From contig PSML01000003.1 of NCBI GenBank assembly GCA_040290145.1, forward strand, positions 1-58,823: a stretch of DNA of 58,823 bases, given 5' to 3'. The translations under genes and the position numbers were made by a program. The stretch's first letter is position 1. Each line of letters begins with the position of its first letter. Shown piece after piece: positions 12,477-23,857 of this stretch. This DNA comes from Meiothermus sp. (lineage in GTDB: Bacteria; Deinococcota; Deinococci; Deinococcales; Thermaceae). The notes beneath the pieces are model-generated. The model saw only the letters and a program-made list of their open reading frames with translations, did not search any database and was not told where the DNA came from.

Positions 12477-14606
12477 TCACCCCCCCACACCCCACACCAG
12501 CAGCGCGCCCAAGTCCTCGGCGGGGACCGGGCGCCCTAGCCCATGCCCCTGGCCCAGGTCAAAGCCCAGCTCGCGCGCGGCGCTCAGTTGCTCCGGGGTC
12601 TCGAGCCCCTTGGCCACCGCCAACGCCCCGACCGCGTGGGCCAGCTCGACCAGCGCTTTGGCCAGGCGGGTGTTTTCCAGCGTGCACAGGGCCGGGCTCA
12701 GCTTGAGCCAGTCCGGCGAGAAGCGCTTGAGTTCGCCAAAGGGCAGGGGGTTGGCCCCGAAGTCGTCCAGGGCGATCTTGATCCCGATCCTTTGGAGTTC
12801 GTGCAGGGTCTGGCGGAGGCTCACCAGGTCGTGAAGCAGCACCTCTTCGCGGATCTCCAGCACCACCCCGCCGGGGGCCAGGTTGCGCTCGGCCACCAAA
12901 GCTGCCAGGGTCTTGGGGAACTCGGGGTTCAAGAGCGAATCGGCGGAGAGGTTGAGGGTGAACTGCACGCTGGGGTCCACCGACTGGAAGACCGTAGCCT
13001 GCTCGAGCACCTTCTGAATGGCCCAGCGGTCGCCGGCCTCCATCAGCCCGGCCTGTTCGGCGATGGGCAAGAACTCGCTGGCGGTGCGGTGGATCTTGGT
13101 CCCCTTGCGCCACCTGGCCAACGCCTCGACCGCGGCCAGCTCCGAACTCGCCAGCCGGTAGAGCGGCTGGAAGTGTAGCTCGAGCTCACCCCGGGCCAGG
13201 GCGTTTTCTAAGTCCACCGCCTCCGGGACGGCCAGCCGGATGCCACCCCCCGCGGCCTGGGCTTGCTGGCAGGCCCAGGCCGCCCGGTCCCAGAGTTCCT
13301 GGGGGTCGCTGGCGTCTTGGGGGAAGAGGGCCAAGCCCAGCGAGAGGCTGGCCTGCCGACCCAAGGCCGCGCGCAGCCGCTGGGAAAGCCGGCTGGCCAG
13401 TTGGGCCCCACCCCCCAGCCGCCGTACCTCGCCCAAAAACACCCACCGTCCACCGCCCAGGTCGGCCACCAGGTCGCTTTGGCGAATCCCCGAGATCAGT
13501 TCCTCGCTGCCTTGGCCCGGGGGGGGCTCCAGCGCGATCTGCATCAGGGCCAACCGGCGGTTTCCCCGCTTGGCCTGGGTCAAGAGCGGCCCTAACCGGG
13601 CGCGAAACTCCTCCTCGCTCATCAGGCCGGGGCGCGGATCTTCCCTACCCGTGCCCCTCGCCTCGAGCATCTTGATCCGGTCGGTGGTGGTGCGGAAGCG
13701 CTCGGCTTCCAGAATCCGCCCCAGCAAATGGCCCAAGAGGGCCGCGAAAGCTTGCTCCTCGCTGGTCCAGGGGCGGGGTTGGGTGTCCTCGAGCCACAGC
13801 ACCCCACCCAGCCCCTCCTCGGTGTGGGCGGCGACCTGCATCAAGGCCCGCACCCCGCGGGGGGTGAGCCAGGGGCGAAGCTCGGCCACCCGAGCATCCT
13901 TGCCGGTATCCTCCACCGCCAGCACCAGGCTGCGCTCGAGCACGGTGAAAAAGACCGGGTGGGTGTGGGGGCTGATTCGCTCGGAGGGGGTGTTTTCTGG
14001 CCACCTCCAAAGCAGGTCGGCGCTGCTGGGCTCGCGCAGCCAGATGTTGACCCCAAACAGCCCCAGGGTCTGCCGGGCGGCCTGGGCTATGGCGGCAAGG
14101 CCATCCTCGAGGGTAATAAAGGAGGAACGGTCCAGCTGCACGATGGTGCGCTGCCAACGGTCTTGCACCAGCGGGGCTTGGCCCGAGAGGGACGTCTCCA
14201 GGCGGATCTCCACCAGCAGGGTCTGGAGGGTCTCGATCAGGGTCAGCCGGGCCGACTCTCTCAGGGTATAGGAGCGGGCTCCCAGGTGCAGCTTGGGGGG
14301 TGCATAGGCCGCTTCGGGGTGGGTCCAGGGCTGACCGCTCATCAGATGTACCAACAATTCCTGAAGCCCGTAGGGCTGGAGTATTGCCCCTTTGGCCCCC
14401 CCTAACCGGATCAGGGTCTGTTCGGGGCGGAGGCAATACTCTACGAGTAACGGCGACCGCTCCACCGAGAGCGGGGCAAATAGTTTCCAACCCACCTCAT
14501 CCAAGGAAGAACCCCCCCAATACGAAAAATCCAGCGAACGATTTCCCACCAGTCTATCTGATTTACCCCACCCTGTCCCCTCACCTCCCCGGGGGCGGGG
14601 TTCCAC
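12477..14606 (-). CDS. GAF-degenerate GGDEF-EAL c-di-GMP phosphodiesterase
   Basis: EAL motifs ELHFQPL and ALDDFG. The GGDEF-like region is degenerate and GAF-like regions lie N-terminal. The true start is uncertain (probably downstream of 14606). Confidence 0.7.
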   Translation of the reverse strand: MEPRPRGGEGTGWGKSDRLVGNRSLDFSYWGGSSLDEVGWKLFAPLSVERSPLLVEYCLRPEQTLIRLGGAKGAILQPYGLQELLVHLMSGQPWTHPEAAYAPPKLHLGARSYTLRESARLTLIETLQTLLVEIRLETSLSGQAPLVQDRWQRTIVQLDRSSFITLEDGLAAIAQAARQTLGLFGVNIWLREPSSADLLWRWPENTPSERISPHTHPVFFTVLERSLVLAVEDTGKDARVAELRPWLTPRGVRALMQVAAHTEEGLGGVLWLEDTQPRPWTSEEQAFAALLGHLLGRILEAERFRTTTDRIKMLEARGTGREDPRPGLMSEEEFRARLGPLLTQAKRGNRRLALMQIALEPPPGQGSEELISGIRQSDLVADLGGGRWVFLGEVRRLGGGAQLASRLSQRLRAALGRQASLSLGLALFPQDASDPQELWDRAAWACQQAQAAGGGIRLAVPEAVDLENALARGELELHFQPLYRLASSELAAVEALARWRKGTKIHRTASEFLPIAEQAGLMEAGDRWAIQKVLEQATVFQSVDPSVQFTLNLSADSLLNPEFPKTLAALVAERNLAPGGVVLEIREEVLLHDLVSLRQTLHELQRIGIKIALDDFGANPLPFGELKRFSPDWLKLSPALCTLENTRLAKALVELAHAVGALAVAKGLETPEQLSAARELGFDLGQGHGLGRPVPAEDLGALLVWGVGG

Positions 14607-14829
14607 GGCCTGTCGGCCACCCGGCCATGGCCCCCAGCGCCAGCAGCACCAAGCCCAGGGGGAGCGGCCTGACCAGGAGGGCCACCACCAGTCCGCCCAG
14701 CAAAAGCCCCAACCCCACCCGGCTACGCCCTCCGATCCAGGCCCGCGCGCCCAGCCACCCCAGTACCCCCGGCAACATCCACAGGGCCAGGCGGAGCAGG
14801 ATCAAGGTGGATTCGGTCATCTCGAGGAG

Positions 14830-15507
14830 CTACAGCCGCAGCCCCGGCGGGGTGTGGCCCTCGACCCAGTGTGAGCCGTCCGGAGCAAACTCCTTCTTCC
14901 ACACCGGCAGGATCTGCTTGACCCGCTCGATGGCGTAACGGCAGGCCTCGAAGGCTTCCGGGCGATGTGGCGCCGACACCACGATCAGGATCGAGGCTTC
15001 CGCCGGCTGGACCCGCCCCGTGCGGTGCCACAAGGCTACCCGACCCAGCACCCAGCGCTCCCGCATCTCGGTGATGATCTGGCCCAGCGTCGCCTCGGCC
15101 ATGCCGGGGTAGGCCTCGTACTCGAGGTAGGCCACCTCTTTCCCCCGGTTGGGACTGCGGGTCGTGCCCAGGAAAACCACCGCCGCACCATAGGGCGGCG
15201 CGCTGGCCCACTCCACGTAGGGCTGGAGGTTCAAGGGGGCGGGGGTCAGGCCAAAGCTGTCCTGCCCTGACCCGCCCGAGACCGGAGGCAAAAAGGCCAG
15301 CTCATCCCCTTCTTGGAGGGGATGATGGGCACTGGTAAGGCGCTGATTCACCGCCGCCAGCCCGCCGGAAAGCTCAAGGCCAGGAAACCGAGCCTCCAGA
15401 GCTTGTTTGGCCGCTCCTACGGTGGAGCCTTGGGGAAGTTCGAGCTCGAGCTCCCGGGTTCCGGCTTGCTCCCGGAACCGGGCGAAGAGGAGTACTCTGA
15501 CCCGCAT
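14830..15507 (-). CDS. moaE: Fused MoaD-MoaE molybdopterin synthase (sulfur-carrier ubiquitin-like domain + catalytic subunit)
   Basis: 225 aa. The N-terminal ~85 aa is MoaD-like and ends ...LPPVSGG. The C-terminal 140 aa is MoaE-like. Confidence 0.75.
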   Translation of the reverse strand: MRVRVLLFARFREQAGTRELELELPQGSTVGAAKQALEARFPGLELSGGLAAVNQRLTSAHHPLQEGDELAFLPPVSGGSGQDSFGLTPAPLNLQPYVEWASAPPYGAAVVFLGTTRSPNRGKEVAYLEYEAYPGMAEATLGQIITEMRERWVLGRVALWHRTGRVQPAEASILIVVSAPHRPEAFEACRYAIERVKQILPVWKKEFAPDGSHWVEGHTPPGLRL

Positions 15508-15578
15508 GACCTTAGATTATAGCGGTCATCGTCGTACAGAGCAGCGCATCCCTGGCCTCCGGGCTCGGGGGTCGCTGG

Positions 15579-18009
<2,431 letters not shown>

Positions 18010-18021
18010 AACCCCTGGCGT

Positions 18022-19029
18022 TTAGCGTTCGGCGTTGGTGAACCGGACCAGCCCTTCCAGCACCTCGAGCGCCCGCCCCTGCGCCAGGATTTCTCCAGCC
18101 AGCGCCACCCCTTCGCGGACGGTGGAGGTTTTTCCCACCAGATAGAAGGCCGCCCCGGCGTTCAGGAGCACCGCGTCGCGTTTGGGGCCTTTTTCCTGGC
18201 CCGAGAGGATGGCCCGGGCGGCAGCCGCGTTCTCCTGCGGGGTTCCGCCTTTGATGGCCTCGTAAGGGGCGGCCCTGAGCCCGACTTCCTCGGGGTGCAG
18301 GGTATAGGTCTTGACCTCTCCATGCCGGACCTCTGCGACCTGGTTGTGCCCCAGTACGAGTTCGTCTACCCCCTCTCCGTGCACCACCATCGCCCCCTCC
18401 GAACCCAGGTTGTGCAACACCTGAGCGAAGGGCTCGAGCAGAGCAGGGCTCGAGACCCCCACCAGGTTGTGGGTGGCGAAGGCCGGGTTGGTCAGGGGCC
18501 CCAGGAGATTGAACACCGTGCGCACCCCCAGCTCGGCCCGCACCGGGGCCACAAAGCGCATCGCGGGGTGATGATTACGAGCGAACAGGAAGCCGATACC
18601 TAAGGTCTCGATGGCCTCGGCGACCCTCTCGGCGGGGATGTCGATCTTGATCCCCAAGGCTTCGATCAGGTCAAAGGAACCCGAGCGTGAGGAAGCCGCC
18701 CGGTTGCCGTGTTTGGCCACCGCCACCCCGCCCGCCGCGGCCACGAAACAGGTGGTGGTGGAGATGTTGAAGGCCTCCGGAGCCACCCCGCCGGTACCCA
18801 CGATGTCCAAGAGGGGTCTGCGCGAGACCCGTACCGGTACCGCCGCCTCGCGCATCCCCCGGGCGAAGCCGGTGATCTCCTCGAGGCTCTCCCCCCGGGT
18901 GCGCAGGGCGATCAAGACCCCCGCGGTCTGGGCCGGGGTCAGGTCGCCGGACATGATCCGGCCCATCAGCCGGTGGGCCTCGTCTTGGGTCAAGGGTTCG
19001 GCGTGCAGGGCTTTTTTCAGCTCGTCCAC
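18022..19029 (-). CDS. trpD: Anthranilate phosphoribosyltransferase
   Basis: GTG start at 19029 with GGGGGAGG upstream. Contains GTGG and the anthranilate-PRT core motifs. Confidence 0.85.
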   Translation of the reverse strand: MDELKKALHAEPLTQDEAHRLMGRIMSGDLTPAQTAGVLIALRTRGESLEEITGFARGMREAAVPVRVSRRPLLDIVGTGGVAPEAFNISTTTCFVAAAGGVAVAKHGNRAASSRSGSFDLIEALGIKIDIPAERVAEAIETLGIGFLFARNHHPAMRFVAPVRAELGVRTVFNLLGPLTNPAFATHNLVGVSSPALLEPFAQVLHNLGSEGAMVVHGEGVDELVLGHNQVAEVRHGEVKTYTLHPEEVGLRAAPYEAIKGGTPQENAAAARAILSGQEKGPKRDAVLLNAGAAFYLVGKTSTVREGVALAGEILAQGRALEVLEGLVRFTNAER

Positions 19030-19046
19030 ATTTCCTCCCCCAAAGT

Positions 19047-19904
19047 TTACCCTGGCAGCGGCAGGTACCAACCCCGCCAGAGGCCCCGCCAAAGGGCCCC
19101 CACTTTGTCCATGTGGCCGCGCAGGCTGTACTCAAGCAGCCAAAACAGGCCATACCCAGCCACCGCCAAGAGCGGCCAGCGGGCATGTTTACGAAACAGC
19201 CGAACGTTGGAAGCAGCGAAAGTTTCGTCGGCCCGAAGGTTCCCAGACCAGGAGCTACCCCCCTTGTGCAGCACCCGTGCCCCTTCAGCGACAGCCAGCC
19301 GAAACCCCGCTTTGACCAGGCGCAGCCCATAGTCGCAGTCCTCACCGTACATGAAAAACCCTTCGTCCAGCAGACCCACCTGCTCCAGGGCTGTCCGGCG
19401 GATGAGCAGGCTGGCCCCGCTGATGTAGTTCAAACGCCTGGCCTGACGCGGATGGGTCAGCAGACGAATCAACCCCCAGGGTAACACCACTTCGCCCCCG
19501 CCCCAGGCTTGCACTTGCTCAGGTCTATCCATCTCGTAGAGCACCGACCCCACCGCCCCGATCTGGGCATCTTGTTCGGCCCGCTCCACCATTGCACTGA
19601 GGGCTTGGGCATCGGGCAGGGTATCGGGGTTGAGCAGCCAGACGTAGTCGGCTCCCTCGGCCAGGGCCCGGCGGAGGCCCACGTTGTTGCCCCCGGCAAA
19701 GCCTAGGTTGCGCTCGAGCTCGACCAGCTCAAGGTGCGGAAAGGCCCTGCCAAGCTGGACCACCGCGTCGTTTTCGGAAGCGTTGTCCAGCACCAGTACC
19801 CGGTAGTGGGGGTACTGGAGTTTCTCCAGGGCCTGCAAACAGACCACCGTATCGCGCCAGGCCCGGTAGTTCAGGATCAGGATGTAGACCAAGGGCTCAG
19901 CCAC
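19047..19904 (-). CDS. Family 2 glycosyltransferase
   Basis: 285 aa with the GT2 fold and DxD region. 17 nt upstream of trpD. Confidence 0.7.
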   Translation of the reverse strand: MAEPLVYILILNYRAWRDTVVCLQALEKLQYPHYRVLVLDNASENDAVVQLGRAFPHLELVELERNLGFAGGNNVGLRRALAEGADYVWLLNPDTLPDAQALSAMVERAEQDAQIGAVGSVLYEMDRPEQVQAWGGGEVVLPWGLIRLLTHPRQARRLNYISGASLLIRRTALEQVGLLDEGFFMYGEDCDYGLRLVKAGFRLAVAEGARVLHKGGSSWSGNLRADETFAASNVRLFRKHARWPLLAVAGYGLFWLLEYSLRGHMDKVGALWRGLWRGWYLPLPG

Positions 19905-20784
19905 CTTTGCCCTCCAGTAGTCCGCGGGTATAGGCGGCCTCGAGCAAGAACCGGTACTTACCCGCAGCCCCCGCCTGTTCTTCCCAACAGCGCTCGGCCA
20001 GCAGCCCCTCCGCCTTGCTCCAGGGGTAGAGCCAGCCCTTTAGCGCCAAGGAAAGGGGGTGGGTGCCGGTCCAGAAGGCCACCTCCAGGCTCTTGTGGGC
20101 GGCGTAAAACTTCCAGGCCATCCGGCCCATGCTCCGCCACTTCTCGAGCATGCCCTCGAGGCTCACCGGGTCGTGGTGCCAGGCCTGGGCTTGGGGCCAA
20201 AACCGGGGCCGCATCCCCCGGTTCCATAGCCGCAGCCCCAGCTCGTGCTCCTCCCAGCCGTAGGCTTCAAACTCGGCGAAGGGCCGCGCGGGCAAGAGCG
20301 AACGCGAAAACGAGATGCTGGCCGACCAGAAGCCGCCTTTTCCCAGGACTTGCCCCGCCCTGAGCGGATCCGTACCGGCGTGCATCCGGGCCTGCCAGTA
20401 GCGCTGGAATGGTGTGCGCACCACTGCGTCGGGTATGCGCACCCGGCTCACGATGGCCGAGCCGGGGTAGAGGCGGTGGGCCTCGAGGTGGGCTCGGAGA
20501 AACCCTGGCTCAGGCACGATATCATCATCGTTCAGCAGCACCAGTCGCCCCTGGGCCTCGGCGATACCGCGGTTGCGCGCTGCGGCGAGCTTTTGGTTGG
20601 GCTGTCGGATGAGGCGGAGGCGGGGGTCAGAGATGCCGCCGAGGCGAGCGGGGGTATCGTCGCTCGAGCCGTCGTCCACCACGATCACCTCGAACTCCGG
20701 CTCCCCCTCGGCCAAAAACGCCCGCACCACCCGGCTGACCAGGGTAGCCCGGTTGTGGGTTGGGATGACCACGCTGATCTCCAT
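19897..20784 (-). CDS. Family 2 glycosyltransferase
   Basis: Start at ATG 20784 (MEISVVIPTHNR...). Contains VVDDGSSDDT and a DDD motif. Confidence 0.7.
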   Translation of the reverse strand: MEISVVIPTHNRATLVSRVVRAFLAEGEPEFEVIVVDDGSSDDTPARLGGISDPRLRLIRQPNQKLAAARNRGIAEAQGRLVLLNDDDIVPEPGFLRAHLEAHRLYPGSAIVSRVRIPDAVVRTPFQRYWQARMHAGTDPLRAGQVLGKGGFWSASISFSRSLLPARPFAEFEAYGWEEHELGLRLWNRGMRPRFWPQAQAWHHDPVSLEGMLEKWRSMGRMAWKFYAAHKSLEVAFWTGTHPLSLALKGWLYPWSKAEGLLAERCWEEQAGAAGKYRFLLEAAYTRGLLEGKGG

Positions 20785-20788
20785 ACTT

Positions 20789-21601
20789 CTACCTAGGGGC
20801 CCGGTACTCCTCCCAAGCCCCCCAGGCATAGGCCAGCTCGTAGTCGCCTCGAGGGCCCCAAAGCCCCTTGGCCCAGGGCAGAAGGGTCATCTTGAGGACC
20901 AGCAGGGCGGGGTGAACCCCCAAAGCCCAGGCCATGGCCGGGTCTTGATATTTGCGGTAGACCCGCATATGCGCAGCCCCGGCTTTACGTGCCCGGCTCA
21001 GGGCGCTGCCGTGGTGATCCCAGGCTTCGTGAACCGCTTCGGCCTCTTTGATGAAGACAAACCGTGCCCCGGCCTTCCTGAGCCGATAGGCCAGGTCGGG
21101 GTCTTCCCCCCCGTAGCCGGCGAAGTGTTCGGGGTCGTAACCCCCCACTGCTTCGAACAGGGATCTGGGTAGGCTGGTGTTGTTGCCGGTGGCGTTCCAC
21201 CAGAATAGAGCAGGCCCGGGTAGCTCGGCGGCTCCGCTGCTTTTGAGCTGGGGTGGAAGCAGCAAGCGGCCTACGGCTACGGTTTTGGGGCTCGAGTGCG
21301 CCCTTTGGTGGGCCGCGATCCACCCCGGGCCGGGGATCACGTCGTCGTCGGAGAATAGCAGGATATCCCCCTGGGCCACTTCCGCCCCTCGGTTGCGAGC
21401 GCAGGCTGCACCCTTCCCCTCGGTCTCCAGGCACTGCAGCGGAAATCCCGCCGGATAACGCCCCAGCCACTCCACCGTGTCGTCGGTGCAGCCGTCCGCT
21501 ACCACGATCACCTCAAACCCGCCCTCCTGGCCTTCCAGCGCTCGCAGCTTGCGCTCGAGCAGGGCGCGGCGGTTATGGGTGGGGACGATCACCGATATCA
21601 T
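20789..21601 (-). CDS. Family 2 glycosyltransferase
   Basis: 270 aa. Starts MISVIVPTHNR and has the ADGCTDDT motif. Confidence 0.7.
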   Translation of the reverse strand: MISVIVPTHNRRALLERKLRALEGQEGGFEVIVVADGCTDDTVEWLGRYPAGFPLQCLETEGKGAACARNRGAEVAQGDILLFSDDDVIPGPGWIAAHQRAHSSPKTVAVGRLLLPPQLKSSGAAELPGPALFWWNATGNNTSLPRSLFEAVGGYDPEHFAGYGGEDPDLAYRLRKAGARFVFIKEAEAVHEAWDHHGSALSRARKAGAAHMRVYRKYQDPAMAWALGVHPALLVLKMTLLPWAKGLWGPRGDYELAYAWGAWEEYRAPR

Positions 21602-21990
21602 GGCCGCTCCCAGTCATCCAACCGCAAACCCGCTATGCGGGCAAACTCGCGCTGGTTGCGCGAAACCAGGACCAGATCGTGGGCTTTAGCAATGGCCGCA
21701 ATCCATAGGTCGTTGGGTCCAATGAGCGCGCCTTGTCGTTCGAGGTCGGTTCGAATCATCCCGTATACACCGGCCACCAGGGAGTCCACTTCAAAACAGG
21801 GGATTTCGTTGCGAATAATCTCCACCCGCCTGAGGTTGGCCTCTACCCGCTGGCTCTTTCGGGCCCCGTAGTACAACTCCCCCAGGCTGATGCTGCTGAT
21901 GAAAATTTTCGGCTCGGCCTGTATGCGCTCCACTAAGGCAGGTACCCCCTTCAGGTAGCCGATCCAGACGTTGGTGTCCAGCAGGTACAC
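21598..21990 (-). CDS. vapC: PIN-domain toxin VapC
   Basis: 130 aa, starts MYLLDTNVWI... (GTG start). Overlaps the GT2 gene by 4 nt and vapB by 1 nt. Confidence 0.8.
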   Translation of the reverse strand: MYLLDTNVWIGYLKGVPALVERIQAEPKIFISSISLGELYYGARKSQRVEANLRRVEIIRNEIPCFEVDSLVAGVYGMIRTDLERQGALIGPNDLWIAAIAKAHDLVLVSRNQREFARIAGLRLDDWERP

Positions 21991-22208
21991 TACAGCCCTT
22001 CCCGTTCTTCAAGTTGTCCCTGCGGGGGCCGCTCGAGGTCGCCTTCCCAGCTTCCCGCCAGGGCCAGGAAAGCCGCCGAGCGTCGCGGCGCAACCTGTGA
22101 CTCGATCATCTCGCGCAACAGCTCGGAGACCTTTATGCCTCTGGCCTTGGCCTTCTGCTCGAGGATGCGGTAGGTTGCCTCTTTTAGGTAGGTCTGCACC
22201 TGCGGCAT
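21990..22208 (-). CDS. vapB: VapB-type antitoxin (RHH/CopG-like)
   Basis: 72 aa, lies immediately upstream of vapC and overlaps it. Confidence 0.7.
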   Translation of the reverse strand: MPQVQTYLKEATYRILEQKAKARGIKVSELLREMIESQVAPRRSAAFLALAGSWEGDLERPPQGQLEEREGL

Positions 22209-22239
22209 GTAAATAGTGTATTTATAAGTACTATAAAAC

Positions 22240-22815
22240 TCAAGTCATCGCCAGGAAATTCTCCAGGATCTGCCGGCCGCCTTCGGTCAGCACCGACTCG
22301 GGGTGGAACTGCACCCCGAAGGTGGGGTAGTCGCGGTGGCGCAGGCCCATCACCGTGCGGCCTTCGGCCTCGTCCACCCAGGCCGTGACCCGCAGCTCGG
22401 GCGGCAGATCCTCGACCACCAGGGAGTGGTAGCGGGTGGCGGTGAAGGGGGTGGGCAGCCCGGCGAACACCCCGCTGCCGTCGTGCTCGATGGGGCTGGT
22501 CTTACCGTGCACGATCAGCCGGTGCCGCACCACCCGCGCCCCGAAGGCCTCGCCGATGCTCTGGTGGCCCAGGCACACCCCCAGGATGGGGTAGCGAGGC
22601 GCGTAGCGCCGGATCAGCGCCACCGAGAGCCCGGCTTCCTTGGGCGTGCAGGGGCCGGGGGAGACCACGATGCCGTGGGGGTCGAGCTGCTCGACGTCCT
22701 CGAGGGCGAACCGGTCGTTGCGCCAGACGGTGAGTTCCGCGCCCAGCTCGCCCAGGTACTGCACCAGGTTGTAGGTGAAGGAGTCGTAGTTGTCGATCAC
22801 CAGGATCCGCTTCAT
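22240..22815 (-). CDS. trpG: Anthranilate synthase component II (glutamine amidotransferase)
   Basis: Start at ATG 22815 (MKRILVIDNYDSFTYNLVQYL). Catalytic GVCLGHQ motif. GGGAGGGG RBS. The ORF-track N-terminal extension is rejected. Confidence 0.85.
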   Translation of the reverse strand: MKRILVIDNYDSFTYNLVQYLGELGAELTVWRNDRFALEDVEQLDPHGIVVSPGPCTPKEAGLSVALIRRYAPRYPILGVCLGHQSIGEAFGARVVRHRLIVHGKTSPIEHDGSGVFAGLPTPFTATRYHSLVVEDLPPELRVTAWVDEAEGRTVMGLRHRDYPTFGVQFHPESVLTEGGRQILENFLAMT

Positions 22816-23816
22816 GCCGCCCCTCCCGGGTAGTCCAGGTGCATGCGCTCCTTGACCCGCGCCAGGGTCTCCCGCGCGACGGCCCGCGCCTTGCGGGTGC
22901 CCTCCATCAAGATTTCCAGCACCTCGCCGGGGCGGGCCTCGAGCTCGGCCCGCCTCGCGCGCAGGGGCTCCAAGAAAGCGTTGGCCCCGGCGGCCAGCTC
23001 GCGCTTGCAGGCCACGCAGCCCCGCGCCCCCGAGCGGCACTCCGCCGCGACGGTCCCGAGCTTTTCCCGGTGGAACAGCCCGTGGTACTCGAACACCGTG
23101 CACACCTCCGGCCGGCCGGGGTCGCCCAGGCGCTGCTTCTGCGGATCGGTGAGGGCGCCGGCCACCTTGCGGGCAATCTCTTCGGGCGCGTCGGACAGGA
23201 ACAGCGCGTTGCCCAGGCTCTTGCTCATCTTGGCGTCGCCGTCGAGCCCCCGGACGCGGGCGGTGTCGAGCACGCGGGCCTGGGGCTCCTTGAGGGTGGG
23301 CCCGTAGATCTGGTTGAACTTGCGCACGATCTCGCGGGTCTGCTCGAGCTGGGGCAACTGGTCGTCGCCCACCGGCACTAAGTCGGCGTCGAAGGCGGTG
23401 ATGTCGGCGGCCTGCGAGACGGGGTAGCCCAGGAAGCCGTAGGTGACCGAGTGCCCGAACAGCGCGCGCTTTTGGGCGATCTCGCTCTTGACGGTGGGGT
23501 TTTGCTGGAGCCTCGAGATCGTCACCAGGTTGCCGTAGAACACCGTCAGCTCGGCGATTTCGGGGATCAGCGACTGGATGAACAGCGTCGAGCGCCGGGG
23601 GTCTAGGCCGCTGGCGATGAGGTCGTAGGCCACCTCGAGCACCATCGCCCGCACCTTCTGCGGCCGGTGGAAGTTGTCGGTGAGGGCCTGCACGTCGGCG
23701 ATCATGACGAAGGTCTCGAAGTGGTCCTGGAGCTCGGCGGTCTGTTGGAGCATCCCGAAGTAATGACCGACGTGCAAGCGGCCCGTGGGGCGGATGCCGG
23801 TCAGGATGCGCTGCAT
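22812..23816 (-). CDS. trpS: Tryptophanyl-tRNA synthetase
   Basis: Start at ATG 23816 (MQRILTGIRPTGRLHVGHY, HIGH motif) with GAGGGGG RBS, plus KMSKS. An alternative coupled ATG at 23861 overlaps the trpE stop (ATGA). Confidence 0.8.
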   Translation of the reverse strand: MQRILTGIRPTGRLHVGHYFGMLQQTAELQDHFETFVMIADVQALTDNFHRPQKVRAMVLEVAYDLIASGLDPRRSTLFIQSLIPEIAELTVFYGNLVTISRLQQNPTVKSEIAQKRALFGHSVTYGFLGYPVSQAADITAFDADLVPVGDDQLPQLEQTREIVRKFNQIYGPTLKEPQARVLDTARVRGLDGDAKMSKSLGNALFLSDAPEEIARKVAGALTDPQKQRLGDPGRPEVCTVFEYHGLFHREKLGTVAAECRSGARGCVACKRELAAGANAFLEPLRARRAELEARPGEVLEILMEGTRKARAVARETLARVKERMHLDYPGGAA

Positions 23817-23857
23817 GCCGGCCCCCTCGCGTGCCCCAGACCCCGCGAACCTGGCGC

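Noticed and set aside
14581-14820. 79-aa hydrophobic ORF between moaDE and the EAL-domain gene.
   Set aside because: It overlaps the plausible N-terminus of the phosphodiesterase, the composition is GC-frame-driven (Leu/Gly/Arg), and there is no RBS. Kept only as a possibility.
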